NCBI GenBank assembly: GCA_963707025.1 | Contig: CAVPOM010000007.1 | Location: 64,001 to 128,000, forward strand | Direction: 5' to 3' | Length of the DNA: 64,000 bases | Source of the DNA: an uncultured Verrucomicrobiae bacterium | GTDB taxonomy: Bacteria; Verrucomicrobiota; Verrucomicrobiia; Limisphaerales; Palsa-1400 | Shown here: one piece after another, positions 10,299 to 20,005 of the stretch | Layout: each line of letters opens with the position of its first letter | Numbering within the stretch: position 1 is the first letter of the stretch | Position numbers and translations under genes: made by a program | Notes under the pieces: generated by a model | What the model was told of the DNA's origin: nothing | The model's database searches: none | The model's input: only the letters and a program-made list of their open reading frames with translations

Positions 10299-10910
10299 TT
10301 AGCTTTTGCCGCGCTTTGCCGCCGGACCTTTGTCTTCCAGTCGCGCGTGAAAACCGATTTCGCGGCGCGGCGGTTCCGGCGGCGTCCTCAGTTCCCGTAT
10401 GGCGGCAATGATCTCCTTGATCTGTTCAGTGTTCTCGCCGGTGGCGCGCCCGAGTTCCTCGACTCTGCGCGCCAGGGCGTCCATTGAGACGGCCAAGCGT
10501 GACAAGCGGACGAACGTTTGCACGACAACAACACTCATCTGAATGGCGCGCGGACTGCGGAGAACGTTCGCGGCCATCAACGCCCCGTGCTCGGTGAAGG
10601 CGTAAGGAAGGGAACGGGGATCGCGGTGCTTTTGGGAACCGGTCACAATTTGTGACCGGTTCGGGTCAGGCTCGATTAAGGTAACGGATTGTGACCTTAA
10701 AGCGTCGGCTTCCTCCTTGGTCACCCGGAATACGAATTCATCGGGAAACCGTTGGGTGTTGCGCTTGACTGCCTGATTCAGCGCCTTGGTTGACGCGCCA
10801 TAGAGTTCGGCCAGGTCGCGGTCAAGGATGACTTTGCGCCCGCGAACAAGGTGGATTCTTCCCTCGACGGTGGTAATGGGCAACGTTGTTTGCAGTTTCT
10901 TCGATTTCAT
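10299..10910 (-). CDS. ORF6N domain DNA-binding protein
   Basis: VRGRKVILDRDLAELYG..TKALNQAVKRN..RFPDEFVF..PYAFTEHG..RREIGF. Confidence 0.9.
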   Translation of the reverse strand: MKSKKLQTTLPITTVEGRIHLVRGRKVILDRDLAELYGASTKALNQAVKRNTQRFPDEFVFRVTKEEADALRSQSVTLIEPDPNRSQIVTGSQKHRDPRSLPYAFTEHGALMAANVLRSPRAIQMSVVVVQTFVRLSRLAVSMDALARRVEELGRATGENTEQIKEIIAAIRELRTPPEPPRREIGFHARLEDKGPAAKRGKS

Positions 10911-11107
10911 GGCGGGCTGTTCATCGTTCTCGGATTCTGCCGCGCTTTGCTGCGGGACATTTGTCCTCCGGTCGTGTGTGAAGGCGCAAGGCAAATAGTG
11001 CCACCCGCCTTGGTGGCTTGAGGTTCCAATTTGGAACATCAAGTCCGCAAACTCCCGCGCCGTACGGAGGGCCAAAAGCTCCAGTTCGTTGCCTCCCCTC
11101 GTGAAAA

Positions 11108-11182
11108 TGGTGCGCGATAGAGGATTTGAACCTCTGACCCCCTCCGTGTCAAGGAGATGCTCTACCACTGAGCTAACCGCGC
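11108..11182 (-). tRNA. tRNA-Val(GAC)
   Basis: GCGCGGT acceptor stem, TAGCTCAGTGGTAGAGC D-arm, anticodon loop TTGACAC, GGTTCAAATCC T-arm, encoded CCA. Confidence 0.97.
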
Positions 11183-11318
11183 CCCGATTCCCCTAAACCG
11201 TAGGCCATCCCAACCGCTCATGGCAAGCGGGATTTCCGCAGCCAATGCAAACGGCAAAATGAAAACGGCAAAATGGCGGCAGGAAAAACGACGCTGGCCA
11301 CGGTCTGTCCCGCCTTTT

Positions 11319-12494
11319 TCATTTTACATTCTGCATTTTGCACTTTGCATTGATTTGTCCGATCGCCCACAAGGCATGTTCCGCGATCAGCGCCTCCCCG
11401 CCGGACGCGGCCCGTTGCAATGCCGGCAGCGCCTCCTGGCCGCCCACGTTCCCCAAGGCCACGCAAACGTTGCGCAGAAAGCCGCGCCGCCTGGCCCGCA
11501 AAATGGGGGTCCCGGCAAATCGCGCCTGGAACCCCGCCTCGTCCAGCGACAACAACTCCACCAAGTCCGGCTCCTCCAGCCCGGCGCGGCGATGGCCGGC
11601 CATCAACGCGCCCGCCCGCGCAAAACGATTCCACGGACAAGCCGCCAGACAATCGTCGCAGCCGTAAATGCGGTTGCCCACGGCCGGACGCAATTCCACC
11701 GGGATCGAGCCTTTCAACTCGATGGTCAGGTAGGAAATGCAGCGGCGCGCGTCCAGTTGGAACGGCGCGATGATGGCCGCGGTGGGGCAGGCGTCCAGGC
11801 AGCGCCGGCAGGAGCCGCAATGATTTCTCTCCGGCGCGTCGGGCGGCAATTCCAGCGTGGTGATGATTTCCGCCAGAAAAAACCAGTTGCCCAGCTTCCG
11901 GCTGATGAGGTTGGTGTGTTTGCCGATGAATCCAAGTCCGGCCCGCTGCGCCAAATCCCGCTCCAGCAACGGCCCCGTATCCACATACCAGAGCGAGCGC
12001 GTTTGCCCGCCGCCCAGTTGATTGACCCATCCGGCCAGCAATTTGAGCCGCGCGCCCAGCACATCGTGATAATCGGAAAAACGGGCATAGCGGGCGATTT
12101 GTCCAACTGGACCCGACCCGGCAGGGCGGGCCGTCCGCTGGCCGCCGTCGGGCATTGGCAGAGGAGGCAACATGGCACTACCGTCGTGCGGCGGGTCCCG
12201 ATAATTCGGGACCCGCCCTACCATCCTTGAGTGAAGCATTTCTCCCTGCCCGCCTCGCCTTGCCTCATCCGCCGCATAGCTCACCGCCAGGGAAATAATG
12301 CTTCGCGCCGCCGCCAATACTTGACTGGGTTCGATTCGCTTGGAGGCGTTGCGTTCCAAGTAAGTCATCTGGCCGTGGCGGCCCGCGCCCAGCCAGCGTT
12401 GGAACTGCGCCGCGGATTCCGGCGGCCGCGCCGTGGTGAATTGGCAGGCGTCAAATCCCAGTTCCAGGGCGCGTTCTCGAATGGCCGTCTTCAC
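11319..12494 (-). CDS. queG: tRNA epoxyqueuosine reductase, with in-frame repeat insertion
   Basis: VDTGPLLERDLAQRAGLGFIGK, CGSCRRCLDACPT, CISYLTIE, GCDDCLAACPWN. Confidence 0.95.
   Translation of the reverse strand: MKTAIRERALELGFDACQFTTARPPESAAQFQRWLGAGRHGQMTYLERNASKRIEPSQVLAAARSIISLAVSYAADEARRGGQGEMLHSRMVGRVPNYRDPPHDGSAMLPPLPMPDGGQRTARPAGSGPVGQIARYARFSDYHDVLGARLKLLAGWVNQLGGGQTRSLWYVDTGPLLERDLAQRAGLGFIGKHTNLISRKLGNWFFLAEIITTLELPPDAPERNHCGSCRRCLDACPTAAIIAPFQLDARRCISYLTIELKGSIPVELRPAVGNRIYGCDDCLAACPWNRFARAGALMAGHRRAGLEEPDLVELLSLDEAGFQARFAGTPILRARRRGFLRNVCVALGNVGGQEALPALQRAASGGEALIAEHALWAIGQINAKCKMQNVK
12120..12222. repeat. REP-doublet-like palindromic element inside queG
   Basis: GGCAGGGCGGG...CCCGCCCTACC; reverse-complement homolog of the intergenic element at 27942-28041. 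Confidence 0.9.
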
Positions 12495-13045
12495 TTTCTG
12501 CGCGCCATGTGGAATTGAAGGGCGATCTGCTGGGCCACCTCCCTGGGGGCGCGCAGACCGCTGTGCATGAAGACGTTGGCCTGGCGATAGGAAGCCTCGC
12601 GGGCCGCCAGCAGGGCGCGGATTTTGCCCAGCGGGTCCGGCCCCTGCAAGAGCGGCCGGTGCGTTTGGGTTTGCACGCGCGCCCAGATCGTCTCCGGCGA
12701 GGCCACCAGCCAGAACACCAGGGCATGGGCCTTCAGGCTGGCCATGTTGGCTGGGTCCACCACCAGCCCGCCCCCGGCGGCGATGACCAGGTTGCGCTGC
12801 CGGCCCAGGCTTTCCAGGGCCTGTTTTTCACATTGCCGAAAAGCGGCTTCCCCTTCCCGGGCGAAGATGTCGCTGATGGACCTGCCGAGCTGGGCCTCGA
12901 TCAAGCCGTCAGTATCCACAAAGCCAAACCGGATATGCTCGGCGACCAGGCGGCCGATGGTGGATTTGCCCGTCCCCATGAAACCGACCAGCGCCAGATT
13001 GTGGATGGTTCGCGCATCGTTCACTGTCTGCCACTCTACGCGCAA
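12491..13045 (-). CDS. aroK: Shikimate kinase
   Basis: LVGFMGTGKSTIG, DTD, EGEAAFR, GGG, RPLL. Confidence 0.95.
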   Translation of the reverse strand: MRVEWQTVNDARTIHNLALVGFMGTGKSTIGRLVAEHIRFGFVDTDGLIEAQLGRSISDIFAREGEAAFRQCEKQALESLGRQRNLVIAAGGGLVVDPANMASLKAHALVFWLVASPETIWARVQTQTHRPLLQGPDPLGKIRALLAAREASYRQANVFMHSGLRAPREVAQQIALQFHMARRK

Positions 13046-13465
13046 GGAACCGTGGCGGCACGCAGTTTCTTTGTCAGAACCTCCTGGCTGGCGACGTTTT
13101 CATGGGTTTGAACCCACCGAAACGGTGGGCCATTTTGGCACACTTGGCCCGTCATGTTTAATCACAAGTTGTTTGTTTTAAATAACTTATAAACATTTAT
13201 TGACATCCAACAAAATGGGTTCGTTTGGCAAAAACACTGTTAATGCCGACGCCGACCTGTATTGAAACAAGCTCCGAAAGATGCCGCGCCCACCCGAAGT
13301 GACTGGCGCCCCGCCGCTCCCTTGTTGCCTCGTCTCTCATGCCCATAAGTTAAACATAGTTTCTAATTCCTGTCCAGCGAAATATTGTCCACTCTTGAAT
13401 GTCCGGTTGCCCCACATTCACCTTTCCTGCCCGACATTGCCGATTCTGCGTTTAATGATTCGGCT

Positions 13466-13954
13466 CAGCGGTACGCCGAATGCGGCGGTCGAGACGACCG
13501 CGCTCCCCAAACAGCCAGGGTTGGCCGGTTCAATATCAAGGGTATCATAAGCAAAGAGGTGGCCGGCGAGGGCGCCGGCCACTACACGCGGGGGCGCGCG
13601 CGCTCCCCAAAAACGATGAACAGGGTCAAGAGGCGCCCAATGCTCGCCGTAGCGGAAAATGCCGCGCCTGAAGAGCGTTCGGCGGGACGCCGAATGCGGC
13701 GGGCGAGACGACCGCGCTCCCCAAACTCCCGCGTTTCGCCGGTTCAACATCAAGGGTAAATGGTTGTCCGCTATCTTCCGCCGGGCCAGTGGCCCGGCGG
13801 GACGGGTCCCGATTGCATCGGGATTCCACCCATGCGGTATGAAATGTCCGGTTGGCGATGTGCTTGCGGAATCAACCAAGAGGCGGGCCAGTTTTGGACG
13901 GAAGATTCCGTCGGCGGGACGCCGACGGATGCGGTCGAGACGACCGCGCTCCCC
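13466..13954. repeat. Cluster of REP-like units
   Basis: CGGCGGGACGCCG...GAGACGACCGCGCTCCCC-like units at 13466, 13680 and 13912, related unit at about 13562-13607; first two copies share about 80 bp. Confidence 0.85.
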
Positions 13955-14032
13955 GAAAAAGTGGCTAATGATTCGGGTTATCGGGCCGTGTTTTTCCTTT
14001 CCCGCGCTGGCTTTTTGCGCGAGTAATGGGGG

Positions 14033-17000
14033 GTGCAAGCGCGATTTCTCCTCGGTCCGGCCGGCGCCGGGAAAACTTTCCGGTGCCTGGCGGAAATTCG
14101 CGCCGCCTTGCGGGAGGATCCCCAGGGGCCACCTCTCATTCTGCTCGCCCCCAAGCAGGCCACTTTCCAGTTGGAACGGCAACTCCTGGGCGATCCGGCC
14201 CTGGCCGGCTACACGCGCCTGGCCATTCTTTCCTTCGAGCGCCTGGCGGGGTTTATTCTGAAACAGTTGCACCAGCCCAGGCCGGCGCTGCTCTCGGAAG
14301 AGGGGCGCATCATGGTCTTGCGCGCCCTGCTGGCCCGGCGCCGCGCCGATCTGCAGATTTTTCACAGCAGCGCCGGCCTGGCCGGTTTTGCCCGGCAATT
14401 GAGCCTGGAACTGCGCGAATTGCAGCGGCGCGAGTTCTCGCCCGAAGTATTGACAGAGCTGGCCTCCCGCCCCGAATTCACCGAGGCGCTGCGCCGCAAG
14501 CTGGGCGATCTGGCCCTCCTCCTACGCGGCTATCTGGACTGGCTGGCCCAACAAAACCTGCAGGACGCCGATTGCCTGGCCGACGTGGCGGCAGAAGCCT
14601 TGCGCAGCAATTCGCAATCTCTTAGCCCCCAAATGAAAACAATTCAACAGGAGCAAACAGAGAAAACAGAGATAATTATCTCTCCCTTCCCTCTGTTCCC
14701 TCCTGTTAAAAATCCGCAACCGAGTCGCGGCTCGACGGAGTCTCGCCCTACCGGTCTGGAAATGCAAAATGCAAAATGCAAAATGCAAAATGATGGGCAA
14801 AGTCACGGCTCGACGGAGTCTCGCCCTACCGTGAAGGGCAATCCTCCATCATCGCTTTTCATTTCCGCCCTCTGGCTGGACGGCTTCGGCGAATTGACTC
14901 CGCAGGAACTCAGCCTCCTGGCCGCGCTGGCCCCCTGCTGCCAAAAAATGACCCTGGCCTTTTGCGTGGAGGACGAACGGCCGGCGGAGGCGGATTCCTG
15001 GCTCTCCATCTGGTCGGCCATCGCCCAAACCCGGCAGGATTGTTGGAAAAGACTTTCCGCCGTGCCGGGCCTCCGGTTGGAGACGGAAATTCTCCGCCGC
15101 CAAGCTTCGTCCGGCCGGTTCGCGGAAAATCCGGTCTTGCGGCACTTGGAAAAGAATTGGGCGCAGCCGGTTCCATTTCCCGATGACCAATGGGACCCGG
15201 AGGCGCAAGGCTCGTTGCGCGCCGTTCTTTGCGCCAACCCCGAAGGGGAAGCCGTGCTGGCCGCGCGCGAGATTCTGCAATTTGTGCAGGCGGGCGGGCG
15301 CTTTCGCGAGACGGCGGTATTGTTGCGCAGCCTGGAAGGCTACCACGACGTGTTGCGGCGGGTTTTCTCGCGCTACGGGATTCCGTTTTTCCTGGATCGC
15401 CGCGAGCCTTCCGCCCACCATCCGCTGGCCGAGCTGACGCGCAACGCCCTGCGCGTGACGGCTTATGACTGGCGGCACGAGGACTGGTTCAGCGCGCTGA
15501 AAACCGGGCTGATTTCCGGCGACGAAGAGGCCATTGACCGGCTGGAAAACGAGGCCCTGGCCCGGGGCTGGAAAGGGGAAACCTGGACCAGGCCATGGCC
15601 GGACGTGGACGGGAAAACGCCCGTCGCCGAGCAATTGCGCCGGCAATGGGCCGCCCCCTTTCTGCAATTGAGGGAAAACCTTTCCCGCCAGGGCCAGCTT
15701 CGTCCTGACGGCCCGCAATTGGCCGCCGGGTTGCGCGAATTGTGGAGTCAACTGCAAATCGAAGAATCCCTGGCCAACTTGCAGGAGGCCCCGGAGCGGC
15801 CTGTTTCCCATCCGCAATTCCACGCCACGGTCTGGCAGCAAATGAACGCCTGGCTCGATGACGTGGCCCTGGCCTTCGCGGGCGAGCGCCTGGCACTGTC
15901 CGAATGGCTGGCCATCCTCGAAGCCGGCCTGGCCGGGTTGACCGTGGGCGTCATTCCTCCGGCGCTGGACCAGGTGTTGATCGGGGCGGTGGATCGCTCG
16001 CGCAACCCGGATCTGCAACTGGCCCTGGTGCTGGGCGTCAACGATTCGGTCTTTCCCGCCCCGCCCCCGCCGCGCAATCTCCTGACCGAGTCGGACTGCG
16101 CCGAACTGGGCGGGCGCGGTCTTGTGCTTGGCCCCGGCGTGCGGCAAATCCTGGGGCGGGAGCGTTTTTTGGGCTACCTGGCCTGCACGCGAGCCCGGCG
16201 GCGGCTGGTGGTGGCCTGCTCCCAGCGCGACGCCGACGAGCAACCGCTCAATCCATCCCCGTTTTTCGCGCTCCTGCAGAGGCTTTTTCCGCGCCTTGAA
16301 ACCGAAACTTTCTCCGGCCCCGACGAGACCGCGCCCGTCCACGCCTGCGAATTAATCCCCCGACTGCTCCGCGCCCAACCTGCCGGCGGCGGTTGGGAGG
16401 AGATACTCGCCTGGCCGGCCTTCGCCGCTTTGCGTCAACAAATAAAATCCTTCGCCCCCCGTTCCGAGCCGGAGCGGCTTGCCCCGGAGCTTGCCGGGCG
16501 GCTTTACGGTCCGGCCTTGCGCACCTCCGTCAGCCGCATGGAACAGTTTGCCGCCTGCGCCTTCCGCTATTTCGTCCATTCCGGTTTGCAGGCGGAGGAG
16601 CGGATCCTGTTTGAATTGGATGCCCGGCAGAAAGGTTCCTTCCAGCACCTGGCGCTGGCGCGATTTCACCAGCAACTGCAGGAGGAGAAAAAGACCTGGC
16701 ACGAGTTGACCGCGGCGGAAGCGCGCCGCCGCATGGCCGGCATTTGCGACGGGCTGATTCCCCAGTTCGAGGAGGGCCTGCTGGCCGCCGATGCGCCCTC
16801 GCGTTTCGCCGCCCGCGGCATGGCGCGCGCCCTGGAGGACTTCGTCGCGGCCCTGGTGGCCTGGATGAGTCAATACGATTTTGAACCGCGCGCGGCGGAA
16901 GTGGAATTTGGCGGGCCGGCGGGCGAAGGCGGCTGGCCGGCCTGGGAACTGGACCTGGGCGGCGGCCAGCGGCTGGTGTTTCGCGGGCGGATAGACCGGA

Positions 17001-17626
17001 TTGACCTCTGCCCGGCTGGCCCGGACGCGCTGGCGGTGGTCCTGGATTACAAATCGAGCCTGCACAAGCTGGATCCCGCGCTCCTGCGGCATGGCCTGCA
17101 ACTGCAATTGCCGGCCTATCTGAGCGTCCTGCGCCGCCTCCCCCATCCGCAGAAAATATTCGGCGCGGCCCGGCTGATTCCCGCCGGGGTATTCTACGTC
17201 AACCTGCGCGGCAATTTCAAACCCGGCGAGACCCGCCAGGATGTGCTGCAGAACGCGGAACCGGCCTGGCAGGCCGCCTACAAACATACCGGCCGTTTCG
17301 ATCTCGCCGCCCTTCCCCATCTGGACAACCGGGGCGAGTCCAAGGGCACCCAGTTCAACTACCGCCTGAAAAACGACGGCCAGCCCTACGCCAACGTCCC
17401 CGGCCCGATGGACCACGCCGCCTTCCTGCAAATGCTCGATCAAGTGGAACAGAACCTGGTGCGCATGGGCCGCGCCATCTTTGCCGGGGAGATCGAGGTG
17501 AATCCATTCCAGAAAGGGACGATGCGCGCCTGCGACCAGTGCGTCTATCAAGGCATCTGCCGCATAGACCCCTGGACCCATTCCTTCCGCCAACTTGGAA
17601 AGAGCGAAGCAGAGGGGAGCGCGTAA
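14033..17626 (+). CDS. addB: AddB/RexB-like helicase-nuclease subunit (PD-(D/E)XK, Fe-S) with repeat-derived insertion
   Basis: GPAGAGKT, PKQATFQLERQL, SVSRMEQFAAC, RGRIDRID..DYKS..LQLPAY, CDQCVYQGIC. Confidence 0.9.
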   Translation: MQARFLLGPAGAGKTFRCLAEIRAALREDPQGPPLILLAPKQATFQLERQLLGDPALAGYTRLAILSFERLAGFILKQLHQPRPALLSEEGRIMVLRALLARRRADLQIFHSSAGLAGFARQLSLELRELQRREFSPEVLTELASRPEFTEALRRKLGDLALLLRGYLDWLAQQNLQDADCLADVAAEALRSNSQSLSPQMKTIQQEQTEKTEIIISPFPLFPPVKNPQPSRGSTESRPTGLEMQNAKCKMQNDGQSHGSTESRPTVKGNPPSSLFISALWLDGFGELTPQELSLLAALAPCCQKMTLAFCVEDERPAEADSWLSIWSAIAQTRQDCWKRLSAVPGLRLETEILRRQASSGRFAENPVLRHLEKNWAQPVPFPDDQWDPEAQGSLRAVLCANPEGEAVLAAREILQFVQAGGRFRETAVLLRSLEGYHDVLRRVFSRYGIPFFLDRREPSAHHPLAELTRNALRVTAYDWRHEDWFSALKTGLISGDEEAIDRLENEALARGWKGETWTRPWPDVDGKTPVAEQLRRQWAAPFLQLRENLSRQGQLRPDGPQLAAGLRELWSQLQIEESLANLQEAPERPVSHPQFHATVWQQMNAWLDDVALAFAGERLALSEWLAILEAGLAGLTVGVIPPALDQVLIGAVDRSRNPDLQLALVLGVNDSVFPAPPPPRNLLTESDCAELGGRGLVLGPGVRQILGRERFLGYLACTRARRRLVVACSQRDADEQPLNPSPFFALLQRLFPRLETETFSGPDETAPVHACELIPRLLRAQPAGGGWEEILAWPAFAALRQQIKSFAPRSEPERLAPELAGRLYGPALRTSVSRMEQFAACAFRYFVHSGLQAEERILFELDARQKGSFQHLALARFHQQLQEEKKTWHELTAAEARRRMAGICDGLIPQFEEGLLAADAPSRFAARGMARALEDFVAALVAWMSQYDFEPRAAEVEFGGPAGEGGWPAWELDLGGGQRLVFRGRIDRIDLCPAGPDALAVVLDYKSSLHKLDPALLRHGLQLQLPAYLSVLRRLPHPQKIFGAARLIPAGVFYVNLRGNFKPGETRQDVLQNAEPAWQAAYKHTGRFDLAALPHLDNRGESKGTQFNYRLKNDGQPYANVPGPMDHAAFLQMLDQVEQNLVRMGRAIFAGEIEVNPFQKGTMRACDQCVYQGICRIDPWTHSFRQLGKSEAEGSA

Positions 17627-17720
17627 TACCGTTTCCAGTTCGCAACTGCACTATTGCCAAGGCGATTGGCGGCGGTCGCAGACCGCCGCTACAGTGCAAA
17701 AGCAAACCGGAAAAGGTTTA
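17624..17720. repeat. MITE-like inverted-repeat element containing a GGCGGTCGCAGACCGCC REP hairpin
   Basis: Imperfect terminal inverted repeats; the inner hairpin recurs at about 58184-58208. Confidence 0.6.
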
Positions 17721-17721
17721 G

Positions 17722-19741
17722 TCATCCTTGAGTTGAAACCACGAGCATTTTTTCATTCGACTCCGGTTGCCGGGTCAAAATCCAGATGTGCTTGCGCACG
17801 GCCTCGACGAGCGGGTCCACCCCGGTCTGGTCAAGGCGGTGAAGGATTTTTTCCCAGCGGTAGGCGAAGCTGCCGCCGGTGTCGTACTTGCAATGTTTGA
17901 AGAGGGTGTCGAAGGCGCGGCGGCGTTTGCGATAATCGAGCTGGATGTGGACAAAGCGCTCGCGCAATCCGGTCAGGTAGGTCCGGGCGAAGCCGGTCCC
18001 GTTGGACAGGAGTTTGGCCCGGGTGTTGACGGGCCGGGCGTAATGTTCGGCAAAGGCGTCCAAGGGACGTTCGTATTCGCCGAAAGCGCCACTGTGATCG
18101 CTCACCAAAATCTCCGCCGGCAACCCATCCTCGCCTTCGCGGATGACTTCGTCGCCGTCGTCAAAGACCGGGCAGGTGCCCTCGTACAAAGCCCGGCCGA
18201 CAATGATGCTGGAGGCGGCGGCCCTGCCGAGCAGGGCGGCCAGCTTCAGGGCGTACTCGGGCCGGGCGAGTTTCTCCATGGGCACTTTGTCGCTGGCCAC
18301 GCCTTCCAGATAGTCGCGCTCGAAGTAGGTGGTGCGGATGCTCTGGCCACGGTGCTTTGCCGCCTGGCCCTGGTAGGTTTCGCTCAGGCGCCGCATGATG
18401 ACGCGGGAGGCCAGGTTCATGCCCAACTGGCGGCAGCCCAGCCTGCGATCCAGCCAGTAATCGGTGTAATCGTCGCTTTCCTCGATGGATTCGAGAAGTT
18501 CCTTGCCTTCGTCCAAGTGCTCCCACACGCCCCATTTGAGCAAGCGCATGAAGCGCCGGATGGGCTGGCGCTCGCCGCGCGAGCGCAGTTCGGCCAGGTA
18601 AACGCCGCGGCGGCCGACTTTTTGCGGACGTTCCTTGGAGAGCGATTCGGGCAGGCGGCCCAGGTTGATGTATTCGATATCGCCGTATTCCCGGATCAGG
18701 TTGAAAATGATGCCTTTGGCTCGCGGATCAAACAGCTTTTGCAGGGGCTGATCCTCGGGATGATCGGCCGCCTCCTCGAAGAGGGGATCCAGGAGAAACT
18801 CGCCCTCCTCGAAACGGCCGCCCGGCAGCCACTCCACCCGCAGATAGAATTCGGGGCTGAGTCCGCTGAGGATCTGGTCTGTCTGGGTCTCGTTGCCCTC
18901 GAGAAAGAGGGTGGCGATCATGCGATGGCACCAGGCTTCATTGGCGCAATCATCCCGGCGGAAGGCCTCATGGACCGCCGAAATGAAATGGCGCTGGAGC
19001 GCCTCATATTTGGCGCGCAATTCGGCGGCGGCCAGTTGCCCGTAGGCCACGCCGGCAAAAAGGGCCGGGCCGCAATGCCGCAAATCCGCCGCGAAAAAAT
19101 CCAGTTCCGGGCGGCCCAGATGGTTGCGGCGGATCGAGTAGTTGGCAATTTCCTGAAGTTGCCGGGCCAGGGCGGCATCTTGCAGTCCGCCCAGATTGGC
19201 GAACTCCTGGCAGGTCAGCCAGCGCGTGCCGGTGAGCCGGTTGTAGAAATACAGTGGCAGCTCTTCAATCGCCACCTTGGAACCCAGGATCAGCCTGGCT
19301 TGCTCCTCCTTGGTCGTCGGGATGGCGCTGAGCCGCCAACACTCGCCCCGCCGCTTGATCGCCTCCCGCACCCGCCGGTCGGAAACCGAGAGAAAAATAA
19401 TCCGCCGCTTGGAAACCAGTTCCTGCAACAGTTCATCGGCCGCGAAGGCCAAATCCATCCGGGCGGGATTGGGGCGGATCAGGAACCTGGTCGGGATCGA
19501 AAATCAGGTCCACCGAGTTGCGGCAAATCTTTTCCTCTTCCTCCAGGCTGAGCGGGCCGAGCGCCTCTTGGGCCCGCCGGCGGTTGACCGACTCAATGAA
19601 AGCCGACCGCTGCCAGGCATGAACGTCCGGCGGCAGCGTGTAAAGCGTCTTGTGATCCAGAAACAAAGTCCCGATCCGGGCTTTCTGCCGGCCCTGTTCG
19701 TCCCGTTCGAGCGGATGGGGCCCAATGAGTTCCAAAGCCAT
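17722..19741 (-). CDS. Large hypothetical protein (about 670 aa; apparent frameshift near 19484)
   Basis: MALELIGPHPL... joins the 578-aa ORF as DQV-LIRPNPARMDLAF when one base is removed. Confidence 0.75.
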
Positions 19742-20005
19742 GCTCACCTCTCCATTTTAGCCGCAGAGGGCTGGAAGGGCAAGCCATCCCGAGCGAGGCG
19801 GGCCGAAAAAGGAAAAATGCGCGGCGAGGCATAATGAGATTGGCGCTCCCGCAAGCGGGATGACTGCTCGTAGAGCACTCTGGACGCCCCGGCACAATGA
19901 TCTCGAAACCGGTACTTAGAGTGATGCTCTTCACCGCGCGATGCTACTTATACCACGCCGCTGAAAAAAGGCCAGCCGAACTTATTCACAACATTATTCA
20001 CCGTC

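Noticed and set aside
10299..11182. Genomic island integrated at tRNA-Val
   Set aside because: No integrase and no duplicate of the tRNA 3' end seen in the window
13466..13954. CRISPR-like direct repeats
   Set aside because: Irregular 200+ bp spacing, degenerate GC hairpins, no cas genes; REP-like
17767..19551. Long antisense ORFs (594 aa here; also 41238-42854, 35755-37200, 51936-53432, 46965-48332)
   Set aside because: Shadow frames of real genes in high-GC DNA with no motifs
19945..20003. DnaA-box-like TTATTCACA / TTATTCACC as an origin of replication
   Set aside because: Only two or three imperfect boxes, no clear unwinding element and no dnaA context
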